Source of the DNA: an uncultured Hyphomicrobiales bacterium
Lineage (GTDB): Bacteria; Bacteroidota; Ignavibacteria; Kapaibacteriales; UBA7675
Direction of reading: 5' to 3'
DNA length: 64,000 bases
Assembly (NCBI GenBank): GCA_964445695.1
Contig: CAYULF010000010.1
Span: 57,821-121,820, forward strand
Shown: piece by piece, positions 30,101 to 38,273 of the stretch
Layout: the number at the start of each line of letters is the position of its first letter
Position numbering within the stretch: position 1 is the first letter of the stretch
Made by a program: the position numbers and the translations under genes
The notes under the pieces: model-generated
The model's input: the letters and a program-made list of their open reading frames with translations, nothing else
Told to the model about the DNA's origin: nothing
Databases searched by the model: none

Positions 30101-30196
30101 TTTGAAGCGGATATCAGCGCGCTGGGCGCGGGCGTCTACGCCGTCGAGCTGTCCGACGGGCGAAATTCCTTATGGAGATTGATCCTGCTTGAATAA
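27155..30196 (+). CDS. Large secreted SBBP (beta-propeller) repeat protein with a choice-of-anchor-like Ig domain and a T9SS C-terminal sorting domain
   Basis: Signal peptide MIFRKLFLICLCVQFGAAAAAIAASP. Repeated units of the form GGxxxDxxxGIAxDxxGxxYVxGxTxSxDFP, and a C-terminal beta-sandwich ending VYAVELSDGRNSLWRLILLE. Confidence 0.7.
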   Translation: MIFRKLFLICLCVQFGAAAAAIAASPVDLGGLKPGMQARVLDDGILFHHYVVDAEVIRETCVRMRVGLADEAAGTIVPRSGEVEFPEHLNGMRTTSLEVTQVCAGVDMLVHAQGGLPRYDFVLRPGLDPHRLRLAFSGVDSLTVRGEELTLFSGEHRLDHGGLFTYQETNNGRIAVDCQFIDAGEVDGEWTAAFRVGAHDPALPLVIDPLVDATYWGGLGAEKICDMRRRDDGSIVVVGETKSVDFPITLGDAVRADMDGHDIFISAFAPNGTDLLWSRILGGSSDDLVGGMSIGNDGRIIVCGQTGSDDFDMPGFTFEGKTRGTTDGFVLVLLPDGENVDYFRLIGGEADDAMTDVVWHGGKRLMLLCGWTSSQDFPISGETPYQVELKPSTDGKLTRDAVVVYLNQSESELQYATYLGGNGEDAALGIATDLDGAAYVCGYTDSRELREAKNTNEGGRDAFAARFTPNGGLRYLRFLGGEYYDAAADIQRIDGALVAIVGTTFSPDFPWTADAPQTELVGGPTFSDGFLTVLNGDGELETSGFVGGNFNDELAALDIREQRYLALAGNSASSQFGFNIEGCSGTRGVEDLFAVVYDLNNNDVSFAAQHGGTQADRATAVQWRSDTRILLGGTTFSDDFPVDIGALQSMKSDAPSDVSNGFLAQLDLEQNEEFRVSGQLDLGYVEAGFFKSVEVTIHNLRNSDLTITLEEGARLGELELSWVGPITIPPCGSYKINVSIAPVTQRHHSTELIVGSDAGEKRYVFHAVSTTPEEAAAQVLLRIPRNLAAAPGEEFALPIFLDAARFDLMPAARPTRLTMNLSFNARSFTTADENARGLENDNRHEIPLDIAFDEDEFRAGMTLVEIPMIATLGDSRQTVINVYDIRWFTGAAENEDIATAVSPGLFTTEDLWFFPDGSPRLIQSADDNFYLEILPSVISDGVLRAVIALPEGGVATLSISDLNMMPVLDLTPQLIAGAGLKDFEADISALGAGVYAVELSDGRNSLWRLILLE

Positions 30197-30204
30197 ATTG
30201 CCGC

Positions 30205-32301
30205 ATGTTTTTGCATTTCAGGCGGTTTTTCTGCGGCCTTGTTTGTGTGTTTGCAGCAATTGCACCGATAAGGGGCGCTGAAGAAAGCGACTCCGAGGTG
30301 CGCTTCGGCGCGGCTATGTGGGGCGGGGTGACGAGCCTGGATGCCCCGGCGGTGCCGTTCAACGGCATTGAGCTGCCGCCGGACGCCACCGGTTTTTCCG
30401 CCGCCGATGCTCCGCACTTCGGCCTGCTGGCCGAATGGGATTATTACCCGACGCCCGCCTGGTTCGTCGGCCTGCAGGCCGGCCTGGAAATTCAGACCGC
30501 CGCGCGTTTTACCGCCACCGAAACCCAACTGTACACGGACGACAACCTGGTTGTGCGCGAGCTGCTGTTCCAGCACACGCTCGACGCCGATCTGACTGTT
30601 GTCGGCGCCGGCCCGGTGGCCGGATTTCACCTGCCGTTTTTACCCGATCTGCGCATCGCGGCGGGGGCCTGGTTCGCCTGGCCGCTCAGCTCGCGTCTGA
30701 TTCAGGAACAGAGCATTGTCTCGCCCGAGGGTTTGACGTTTGCCGGCGGACAGACGCGCGTGCGCAGCCTGGACGAGGAGTGGACCAGCGTCGCTTCACC
30801 TCTGGTGAGCGGCGAAATCGGCATGCAGTTTGCGCTTTCGCGTCTGAGTTTCGGCGGCTGGGAGCCGCGCATCCTGGCGGGTTGGCGCAGCTCGCTCCAG
30901 TCAATCGACGCGGACATCGACTGGAACACACAGACGCTTACCGCCGGGCTGGGCATCTACCAGATGGCCACGCCGCCGCGCCCCGTGCTGACCGATACAA
31001 CCTGGCTGCGGGACACGGTGGACTTCACCTCGCCGGATATCGAGGAAGAGCGCGTGGAACTGGCCGCCTCCACGAGCACCTGGCAGCGCCAGGAATTGCC
31101 CGACGCCATTTACAACACGCTGATCGTGCGCGAGCGCTACCGCCGCATGGTGCCGGAGATCCGCAGCCTGCTGCTGCTCGGAATGCAGGTCAGTTTTGTC
31201 AAACGCGACGGCAGCGAATCCGGCAATATCACAATCGATCTGGAAGAATTTGTCGCGCTGGAGCGTTTTCCGCTGCTGCCTTATATCTTTTTTGAACGCG
31301 AATCGGTCGAGTTGGCGGCGCGTTATCGCGGCGCTTCACCTTCCGAATCCGCGGGCGATCTGGCGACTTACTGGGGGCTGATAGACACGTTGGCCGCGCG
31401 CCTGCTACGCTTTCCCGTCGCGACGCTGACGCTCCGCGGTCAATCGCTGGACGACGAGAGGGACCTTGGTCTTGCGCGTGCACAGGTGATTAAACAGGCG
31501 ATTGTCCGGCGCAATGCCGCCGTCGACCCGCAGCGGATAGTGGTGGAGGGAGCTGTATCGGACGCCGTGGCGTTCAACCGTCCGGAGCTGCGTGACGAAC
31601 TGCGCCGCGTGGAGTGTTCGTCCGACGATCCGCGCCTGCTGGAGCCCGCCGCGCGCAGCCTGGTGCGCCGCCGCGCCGATCCGCCGACTGTGCGTTTTTA
31701 TCCCGAAGTATTCGCCGAGGCCGGCATCCGCGACTGGCGTCTGGAAATTCTGTGGCGCGACAGCGTGGCCGCCGTGATGCAGGGCCGGGGCGAGCCGCCC
31801 GTCTCGCTCGACTGGAACCTGCGCGAAACGCAGGAAGCGCTCGGTATCGCACTGGATCAGTTGCGCCTGGATCACCGGCTGACGGTCACCGACGGGGACG
31901 GGCAGATCAAATCGACGGAGCGCGGTTCAATCGACTTCCGCCGTACTGCACCGCCTTCGCGTATCGACACGCTGGAGGAGCGACGCATGTTGGCCTGGTA
32001 TGCACACAACGACACCACGCTGCTGCCGCATCACGTTCGCGAGCTGCAATCGGTGGCGGAGTCGGGGCACAACTTAAACAACATCACGGTGTTCGGCGCG
32101 ACGGACAATACGGGCAGCGTCGACTACAATCGGGTGCTTTCGCGTCAGCGTGCGCAGGGCGCGGTGCGGCTGCTGGGGCCGCGTGCACGCGTGGCCGATC
32201 ACGACGATGCCGCCGGGATGACTGTTTACGACAATGCGCTGCCCGAGGGCCGCATGTACAACCGCCGCGTGGAGATTCTGCTGCAGCCGGAGTCGCGTTG
32301 A
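30205..32301 (+). CDS. Outer-membrane protein with N-terminal beta-barrel-like region and C-terminal OmpA-family peptidoglycan-binding domain
   Basis: Signal peptide present. C-terminus TVFGATDNTGSVDYNRVLSRQRAQGAVRLL...GRMYNRRVEILLQP is the OmpA_C motif, and a second degenerate OmpA-like segment lies around aa 380-460. Confidence 0.7.
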   Translation: MFLHFRRFFCGLVCVFAAIAPIRGAEESDSEVRFGAAMWGGVTSLDAPAVPFNGIELPPDATGFSAADAPHFGLLAEWDYYPTPAWFVGLQAGLEIQTAARFTATETQLYTDDNLVVRELLFQHTLDADLTVVGAGPVAGFHLPFLPDLRIAAGAWFAWPLSSRLIQEQSIVSPEGLTFAGGQTRVRSLDEEWTSVASPLVSGEIGMQFALSRLSFGGWEPRILAGWRSSLQSIDADIDWNTQTLTAGLGIYQMATPPRPVLTDTTWLRDTVDFTSPDIEEERVELAASTSTWQRQELPDAIYNTLIVRERYRRMVPEIRSLLLLGMQVSFVKRDGSESGNITIDLEEFVALERFPLLPYIFFERESVELAARYRGASPSESAGDLATYWGLIDTLAARLLRFPVATLTLRGQSLDDERDLGLARAQVIKQAIVRRNAAVDPQRIVVEGAVSDAVAFNRPELRDELRRVECSSDDPRLLEPAARSLVRRRADPPTVRFYPEVFAEAGIRDWRLEILWRDSVAAVMQGRGEPPVSLDWNLRETQEALGIALDQLRLDHRLTVTDGDGQIKSTERGSIDFRRTAPPSRIDTLEERRMLAWYAHNDTTLLPHHVRELQSVAESGHNLNNITVFGATDNTGSVDYNRVLSRQRAQGAVRLLGPRARVADHDDAAGMTVYDNALPEGRMYNRRVEILLQPESR

Positions 32302-32620
32302 TTTCACCTGGAGTTCGATACTTGTTATTCGGTTTTGTTTAACTCGCCTGCCGGCCGCAACCCGCATGAGCACTGCGCCGTGCGGCTGCACTTTGTTGGC
32401 CTGCGGCTTGCTTTTTCTTTTGTTGGTCGCGCAGATTCAAGTCCGAAGTCACGGAGGTTGTTAACAGACTTCAAGCGCGAAGTCTCATGTCCGCCGCATG
32501 TCTTCCTGTTTAAGTAAATACAGCGCGTGCCGCGTCCGGCACTGTTAAACAACATTGCAGTTTAATGCGCCTCGCAGCTTTGTGTTTTCGCTGTCCCGGC
32601 ACTGGAGTGTTTAAAACGAT

Positions 32621-32652
32621 CGAGGCCACCGTCGCAAACGACGATGGCCTCG
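32621..32652 (-). terminator. Hairpin (14-bp stem, 1 mismatch) downstream of the minus-strand sigma/anti-sigma operon
   Basis: cgaggccaccgtcg-caaa-cgacgatggcctcg, with an A/T run on the minus-strand 3' side. Confidence 0.4.
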
Positions 32653-32740
32653 AATCAGCGCGTAAGTACTCCCATTTTCAGTCGGTCGGTCTTGCCGCTC
32701 GGCCGGGTGAACAGCCGGCGCGGCGCCCGATCGTGCCGCT

Positions 32741-33739
32741 TTAGTGCGGCAGCTCTTCCAATGCTTTCTCGTAGGATTTTGTGTCGCGTCCCAGTTTGCG
32801 CAGTTGCTCGATGCTGCTGCGCAGGATGTCCTCTGTTTTGTCGCGGTTGGCGCTTGTGGCGTTCAGCAGCGCCAGATCGGCCGTGCATTGGACTTCGAGC
32901 GCGCGCAGGCCGTGTTCCACCGCCAGATCGTGTGCGCGTTCGTATTGTGTCGCGGCCGCGCCGACGTCGCCAAGGTGTGCGTAGACGCCGCCAAGGCGGT
33001 GCGCCGTCGTGGCTTCGCGCGCGGCGTCGCCCTGCTGGTGATGGCGCTGCAATTCTTCGCGCAGGCTGGCCGCAGCCATGCGCAGCTGTTTTTCCAGTCG
33101 TTCGGTGACGCGCGTACGACCTTCCACCGTATTGCTGTTCGGCGTCTCGCTGTCCGTGCGGATTTCGGCCGACTGACTGTCCACGACGTCGGCCGAATTG
33201 CCGGACTGCGGCATGGCCCTGTCGGACCCGCGCGGCGGACCGGGATTAAATCCGTCGATCGTGCCGGGCCTGTCCACGTCGCGTTCGATCGTGGTGTAGT
33301 CCTGTGCGTGTTCGTTGTGTGCTTCGTCCGGCGGGAAGTTGAGTTCCAGTGTCGGTGTTGGTTCGGCGGTGAGTGAGGCTTCCGGCGCGAGTGAAGCGTC
33401 GACGGCAGCTGAGTTGTCGCCGGCGAACCACAGGAGCGCCGCGACGGTCAGCAGGATGACGGCTCCGCCGGCTATCCACGCCGTTTTGGCGCCCGCGGCC
33501 GTGCCGGCGGCGGCGCCGGACTGGCTCTGGATGTTCTGCAGGACGCGCGTGCGGAATTCCGCGCTGGCGCTGTGCGACAGTTCGGCGCGTTCGGTCAACA
33601 GGTTTTCAACCTGTTGCAGCTCGCGAATTTCCTCGGCCAGGCTCGAATCCTGCGCCAGCAGTTGTTCGAGTCGCAGGCGGTCAGCTTCGCTGAGGGTGCC
33701 GTCCAGCAGTTGTACAAGTAGTTCTTCGCTCTGGCTCAT
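32741..33739 (-). CDS. Anti-sigma factor (N-terminal zinc-finger-like anti-sigma domain, one TM, C-terminal TPR-like region)
   Basis: MSQSEELLVQLLDGTLSEADRLRLEQLL..., a single TM helix AWIAGGAVILLTVAALLWF, and a 4-nt overlap with the upstream ECF sigma gene. Confidence 0.65.
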   Translation of the reverse strand: MSQSEELLVQLLDGTLSEADRLRLEQLLAQDSSLAEEIRELQQVENLLTERAELSHSASAEFRTRVLQNIQSQSGAAAGTAAGAKTAWIAGGAVILLTVAALLWFAGDNSAAVDASLAPEASLTAEPTPTLELNFPPDEAHNEHAQDYTTIERDVDRPGTIDGFNPGPPRGSDRAMPQSGNSADVVDSQSAEIRTDSETPNSNTVEGRTRVTERLEKQLRMAAASLREELQRHHQQGDAAREATTAHRLGGVYAHLGDVGAAATQYERAHDLAVEHGLRALEVQCTADLALLNATSANRDKTEDILRSSIEQLRKLGRDTKSYEKALEELPH

Positions 33740-34302
33740 GTTGTTTCTTGCATATATGGTTGCAATGTTTTGCGGAGGAGCTTTTTGGCCCTGAAGATGC
33801 GCACCTTGACCAATGAGAGGCTGATGTTCATCATTTCGGCTATTTCGTCGTAGGAAAAGCCGCTCAGGTACTTGTATTCGATCGGGAGCCGGAACTCATC
33901 CGGCAAGTTGAGTACCGCCTGATCGAAAGCTTCCCGCAGCAAAAAATCATCTCCGGTTTTGTCGGCCGCGTTCGGGATGGATTCGGCCAGTTCATCAACG
34001 GGAGTAGTATGCGCGCTGGAGCGTTTGGCCTTCAGGCAAAAGTTGCGGGCTATCGTAAAGATCCACGCCGCAAAGTTTCCGCCCCGGTATGAATCGCGGC
34101 TTTTGTAGGCCGTCATCATCGTGGTTTGGTATGCGTCTTCCGCCGCCTCGCGGTCTTTCAGGACCGTGAGGCAGTACGCAAAAATTCGCCTGTCGTACCG
34201 CCGGTAAATCTCTTCGAAGGCCCGCTCGTCGTTGTTCCGCACCATCGCGAAAACATCATCATCGCTGAGCGCTTCGAGTGACTCACGATTTGTTTTGCTC
34301 AT
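33736..34302 (-). CDS. RNA polymerase ECF-type sigma-70 factor
   Basis: Region 2 FEEIYRRYDRRIFAYCL and region 4 LPDEFRLPIEYKYLSGFSYDEIAEMMNISLSLVKVRIFRAKKLL. Confidence 0.85.
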   Translation of the reverse strand: MSKTNRESLEALSDDDVFAMVRNNDERAFEEIYRRYDRRIFAYCLTVLKDREAAEDAYQTTMMTAYKSRDSYRGGNFAAWIFTIARNFCLKAKRSSAHTTPVDELAESIPNAADKTGDDFLLREAFDQAVLNLPDEFRLPIEYKYLSGFSYDEIAEMMNISLSLVKVRIFRAKKLLRKTLQPYMQETT

Positions 34303-34539
34303 TTGCTCGAAACAATCCTGTCAACAATGGAATGTTACAGACCGCCTGCTCGTAGCCGCCAGGGGCGCTTTTTCGGCTCTTTCAGAGCGCTGAAACGGCT
34401 CCCGGCGACCGCGGTATCACGCGGACGAAACAAGGTCCGGCAGCGTTTAACATTTTTTTGAAAAGCCCGGTAACTATTCATCGGAAGCCGGATTGCTCCG
34501 GTCACAGTCCCTGAGACAGGACCTGATCATAACAAGACC

Positions 34540-34875
34540 ATGACTGAAAACTCGCTCCACATATCGCACGCATTAACAAACAAGAAGGCTGTTTTTAAAT
34601 CAGGCCGGATTGAGGCGTTTGCTGCGATCCACGGTGAAAAAGCGCCGTACAGCGATCGGTTTAAACAAATTGCGTCCGCGGCATCCATCGATGCGGCCGG
34701 AACAGATGAAAATCTCACATTCTACCAGAACCCGGAACAGACTGGATCCACTTATTCAATTGTCGGCCACATGCGGACCCGGAAGCCGTATGCAGGGATA
34801 ATTGATGTACGACGCCAGAGCGATCACATCAGGACAACCATGGAGTTGAAGGAGGTAGTGACGAGGTCGACCTGA
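34540..34875 (+). CDS. Hypothetical small protein (111 aa); coding status uncertain
   Basis: An ORF in an otherwise gene-free 900-bp gap, with no recognisable motifs. Confidence 0.2.
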   Translation: MTENSLHISHALTNKKAVFKSGRIEAFAAIHGEKAPYSDRFKQIASAASIDAAGTDENLTFYQNPEQTGSTYSIVGHMRTRKPYAGIIDVRRQSDHIRTTMELKEVVTRST

Positions 34876-35191
34876 ACGTCGATTCGTGCGGGCGCAAACC
34901 CGGCCCGGTTTACCGACCGCGGGCGGAGGCGTCTACCCGACGGGAATGCGGAGGAACACATTCCCCGGACAATATGGCGCTCGACGCTATCACCTGATCC
35001 ACCACCGGACAGACACGCCGCGTATCATGCTTGATGCGCGGCGTGTTATTTTTCGGGCCGGCCCTCGTCGAAATTGCGGTACACTTGACGGCCACATCAA
35101 CCGTTACTGTGCCCTGCGCCTGGCGGATGCACCGTCGCGGCGCGGCGGACGCCTGCCGGCGTCGATTCTTCCTCACGCATTTCACAGTTCT

Positions 35192-36049
35192 GTGAACAAT
35201 ATTCGCACCTACTTACGGGACTCGGTCGACCGCATTGACTTTGTCGTCTGGGGACTCGTCATAGTCTTTTTCCAGGTATCGGCGGCGGTCAACGGCGGCG
35301 ACGGGCCCATGTCGCTTCTGGCGGCGCTGGGCATCATCGCGGCTATGCTGCTGATCAGCACTTCAATCGAGGTGTTGATCGGCACGCTGCGCAACATGCC
35401 GGGCATCGGCACGCTGATCGGCTTTATCACAAACGGCCCGGAAGCGCTGGTGCTGCTGATCGGCCTGCTGGACAACGACATTATTTTTGCCTCGTCGACG
35501 CCCTTGGGCTCCAACCCGATGAACGTCCTGCTGTTTTTCCTGGCCACGACGCTGACGGGGACGATGGCGGTGGTCTGGGCGCGCAAGGTTGTGTACCGCT
35601 ATCTCGTTTTTATCGCCACGATAGCCATAGCGCTGAGTTTTTATCTGATTCCGGTCGCCATGTACAGCTCCTGGCTGATTTACTGGCTGATCGGCGTGCT
35701 GGCGATTTCGGGCCTTATCTTTGCGACGCGTCCCGCCGAGGAGCTGCCGGAGGAGGACGTGGCGTTGAGCCGCATCTGGATGCTGCCTGCGCTGGCGGTG
35801 CTGGTCGGTGCTGGTGTGCTGCTGGACTTTGTCGTTTCGATGGCTTCCGACGTTTCGATGGCGCCCAAAGGCGTGATCGGTTTTATCGTGCTCTCGACGA
35901 TGACGTCCTGGCCCGAGTTCAAATCGACGCTGTCGCTGCTGCGCAAGGACATGCCGCTGGCGGCTTTTCTGAATATTCTGGTCAGCAACATCACCAATTT
36001 ATGGCTTGCCTGTCTCGGCGTGCTGATCTACTGGCTGCTTTCGCTCTAG
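35192..36049 (+). CDS. Cation/Ca2+ exchanger-like (CaCA/YrbG-like) membrane protein; start uncertain (GTG 35192 or ATG 35309)
   Basis: Two alpha-repeat-like segments GFITNGPEALVLLIGL and STMTSWPEFKSTLSLL within about 8 TM helices. The upstream Arg-rich part of the ORF is judged non-coding. Confidence 0.5.
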   Translation: MNNIRTYLRDSVDRIDFVVWGLVIVFFQVSAAVNGGDGPMSLLAALGIIAAMLLISTSIEVLIGTLRNMPGIGTLIGFITNGPEALVLLIGLLDNDIIFASSTPLGSNPMNVLLFFLATTLTGTMAVVWARKVVYRYLVFIATIAIALSFYLIPVAMYSSWLIYWLIGVLAISGLIFATRPAEELPEEDVALSRIWMLPALAVLVGAGVLLDFVVSMASDVSMAPKGVIGFIVLSTMTSWPEFKSTLSLLRKDMPLAAFLNILVSNITNLWLACLGVLIYWLLSL

Positions 36050-36372
36050 CTCTTTATTCCCGACGCGTTTATACCCGTTTTTGCGACCGTTCAGAGGCAA
36101 AGGTCGCCCGTTTGCGTTTTTGCAGTTGTGCTGTCGGTTCGGACGTGGCATATTGTCTGCGTTGGATCTTCCGGAGGATGCGACGGAGCTGTGAGGCGGG
36201 AATAAAACTTGTTGCCTAAGCAACGATTTTTCACTGATCGCTTTGAGCCTCGCTTGCAGCTTCGTCTCAGGCTCTTATGACTTTTTTGCTTGTCACCGGG
36301 TTTTCAGACTTCAAGCTTGATGTTGTCGCTCAGCGCCATGCAAACGAACTGCCAGTCTTTCAACGCGACACT

Positions 36373-36420
36373 CAGTGACAAACAAGAGAAAAGCAAGCCG
36401 CCGAACAGGTGAGGAGGCGA
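36373..36420. promoter_or_regulatory. ~50-nt conserved intergenic motif (copy 1), upstream of the yqiJ-flotillin operon
   Basis: cagtgacaaacaagagaaaagcaagccgccgaacagg is nearly identical to 55899-55950 (cagtgacaaacaagaggaaaaacaagccgcaggcggaacag). Confidence 0.4.
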
Positions 36421-36678
36421 AGCGCTCCGCCGTCGCGCGTGCCATGCCGGCCTGTAGCCCGTCGCGACTCCCTGTGCCGCGTCCGCCGGCGGTCGGAATC
36501 GCGCGATTGTGTATCTTCGTGCGCGCCCGACGTCCGCTCGCGTCAAACGGCCGCGCCCGCATTTGCCCGGTCGTTTCGTGAATCTTTTGTCATATTTACC
36601 CGTTGATCGGGCTTCGACAAAAGACGGACAGCGGCGCCTCCGGGCGCGAAAAAAAACTCTCAATTCCGAGGTTCTTCA

Positions 36679-37434
36679 ATGGACCAGTTGCTGGATGCCG
36701 CACTCAGCGCAGTTAACATACCTTTTACGGTATTGTTTGTTCTGGTGCTGTTATATTGGATCACCGTCATTATTGGTCTGCTCGACATCGACTCGCTCGA
36801 TGTGGACGTGCACGCCGATGCGGACTTCGATTTTGACGCAGATCTGGACGTCGATGCCGATATCGACGTCGACGCGGACCTCCATCTGGACGCCGATACA
36901 CATGTTGATGTCGGCAACGCGGAAATCGTCGGCGCGCATGCCGACGGCGCGGTGACGGACATCGGCGTCGATCACGGCGGAATGTTAAACTCGCTGCTGC
37001 TCTTTGCCAACCTCGGTTATATCCCTTTCATGATTGTCTTTTCCTTTATGGTACTGTTCCTCTGGACGGGCGCCATATTGTTAAACTATTACTTTAACCC
37101 CGACCTGGGCCTCGGCATGGCTGCGCTGCTGTTTGTGCCGAACTTCGCCGTCAGTTTTACCGCGATGAAGTTAATAACCTGGCCCCTCAAAAAACTGTTT
37201 TATCACATGCGCCGCGAAGAGCGCGAGATCGAATCCGTTGTGGGCCGCATTTGCGTGCTCACGATGGACGCCAGCCCGGAGCGCCTTTCCCAGGCCACGG
37301 TGGCGCGTCGCGGCGTTCCGCATTTGTTAAACGTCCGCCCGGTTGGCGACGACACGATTCTGCGCGGCAGCAAGGCCGTGGTTGTATCCTACATTGAAGA
37401 TCAGAGCGTGTACCTCGTCCAACCCGTGGACTGA
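36679..37434 (+). CDS. yqiJ: YqiJ-family (DUF1449) membrane protein with C-terminal NfeD-like OB-fold and an acidic (D-x)n repeat
   Basis: TM1, then DVDVHADADFDFDADLDVDADIDVDADLHLDADTHVDV, then 2-3 TM helices, then a C-terminal OB-fold GRICVLT...LRGSKAVVVSYIEDQSVYLVQPV. Sits upstream of SPFH genes as in E. coli yqiJK. Confidence 0.65.
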   Translation: MDQLLDAALSAVNIPFTVLFVLVLLYWITVIIGLLDIDSLDVDVHADADFDFDADLDVDADIDVDADLHLDADTHVDVGNAEIVGAHADGAVTDIGVDHGGMLNSLLLFANLGYIPFMIVFSFMVLFLWTGAILLNYYFNPDLGLGMAALLFVPNFAVSFTAMKLITWPLKKLFYHMRREEREIESVVGRICVLTMDASPERLSQATVARRGVPHLLNVRPVGDDTILRGSKAVVVSYIEDQSVYLVQPVD

Positions 37435-37522
37435 TTCCCCCCAGCAAGACAACTGAATTTGTGTTTAATCTGCGCGCATCGCGGCGGAAGAGTTAACGCT
37501 GCCATCGTGCGGCATTAAAGGA

Positions 37523-38197
37523 ATGCCTATGTTCTCCGGCGTCCTGGTACTGTTGGGTCTTGCACTCGTGCCGATTAACTTTTTCATCATATCCATGTTT
37601 GCCTTTCGCAAGCCGCCGGCGGGATTTGCCCTGGTGCGCAGCGGCTTTGGCGGCATGCGCGTCGGTTTTGCGGGAATGTTTGTTTTCCCCCTGCTGCACC
37701 GCGCGGAGCTGGTGGATATGCGCATGAAAACCGTGGATGTCGATCTCTCCGGTCCCGACGCTGTGGTGTTTAAGGACGGCGTACGCGCCGACGTTCTACT
37801 TCGGATGCAACTGCGAGTTAACCACACTGCTGAATCGGTTATGCAGGTGCACGGCGTTTTCGGCGCAGGCGACCACTTTGCCGAATCGCAATTTCAGAAC
37901 TCCTGGACTGGGCGGTTTGCCGCGGCTGTGCGTCATGTTTTCAGCATGCTTGAATTTTCCGAAGCGGACTCCCTGGAAGCCAAGGACATGATCCTGACGA
38001 TGATTGGCATGGATATGAACGGTTACGTCCTCGAAGACATTTCCGTCCTGCAGTGCCGCAAAAACTCGTCGATCTTTGCCGAGCATGGGCTTGACCTGGA
38101 ATACCGGGAAGGCCTTCTTGTTTGGCACGGAGTCAGAAACGTCGAGATTTTGAGTAGCAGCGAACCCAATAGCGTCGTGCTCAAAGCACGTGTTTAA
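37523..38197 (+). CDS. SPFH/band-7 domain protein, short paralog (N-terminal TM plus SPFH core only, no coiled-coil)
   Basis: PPAGFALVRSGFGGMRVGFAGMFVFPLLHRAELVDMRMKTVDV aligns with the N-terminus of the downstream flotillin (ALVRTGLGGVKVAFNGIMVVPAIHRMELMDISVKRIEI). Confidence 0.65.
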   Translation: MPMFSGVLVLLGLALVPINFFIISMFAFRKPPAGFALVRSGFGGMRVGFAGMFVFPLLHRAELVDMRMKTVDVDLSGPDAVVFKDGVRADVLLRMQLRVNHTAESVMQVHGVFGAGDHFAESQFQNSWTGRFAAAVRHVFSMLEFSEADSLEAKDMILTMIGMDMNGYVLEDISVLQCRKNSSIFAEHGLDLEYREGLLVWHGVRNVEILSSSEPNSVVLKARV

Positions 38198-38273
38198 GTC
38201 CTTAAACGCCCGCGTGCGAGCGGGTGAGAACTGAAAATTTCGAACTTGAAATACAACATTTAATCATCTTTGA

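Noticed and set aside
34886-35190. N-terminal 100 aa of ORF 34886-36049 as part of the transporter
   Set aside because: Arg/Pro-rich and unlike membrane protein sequence. The hydrophobic transporter starts near 35192-35309.
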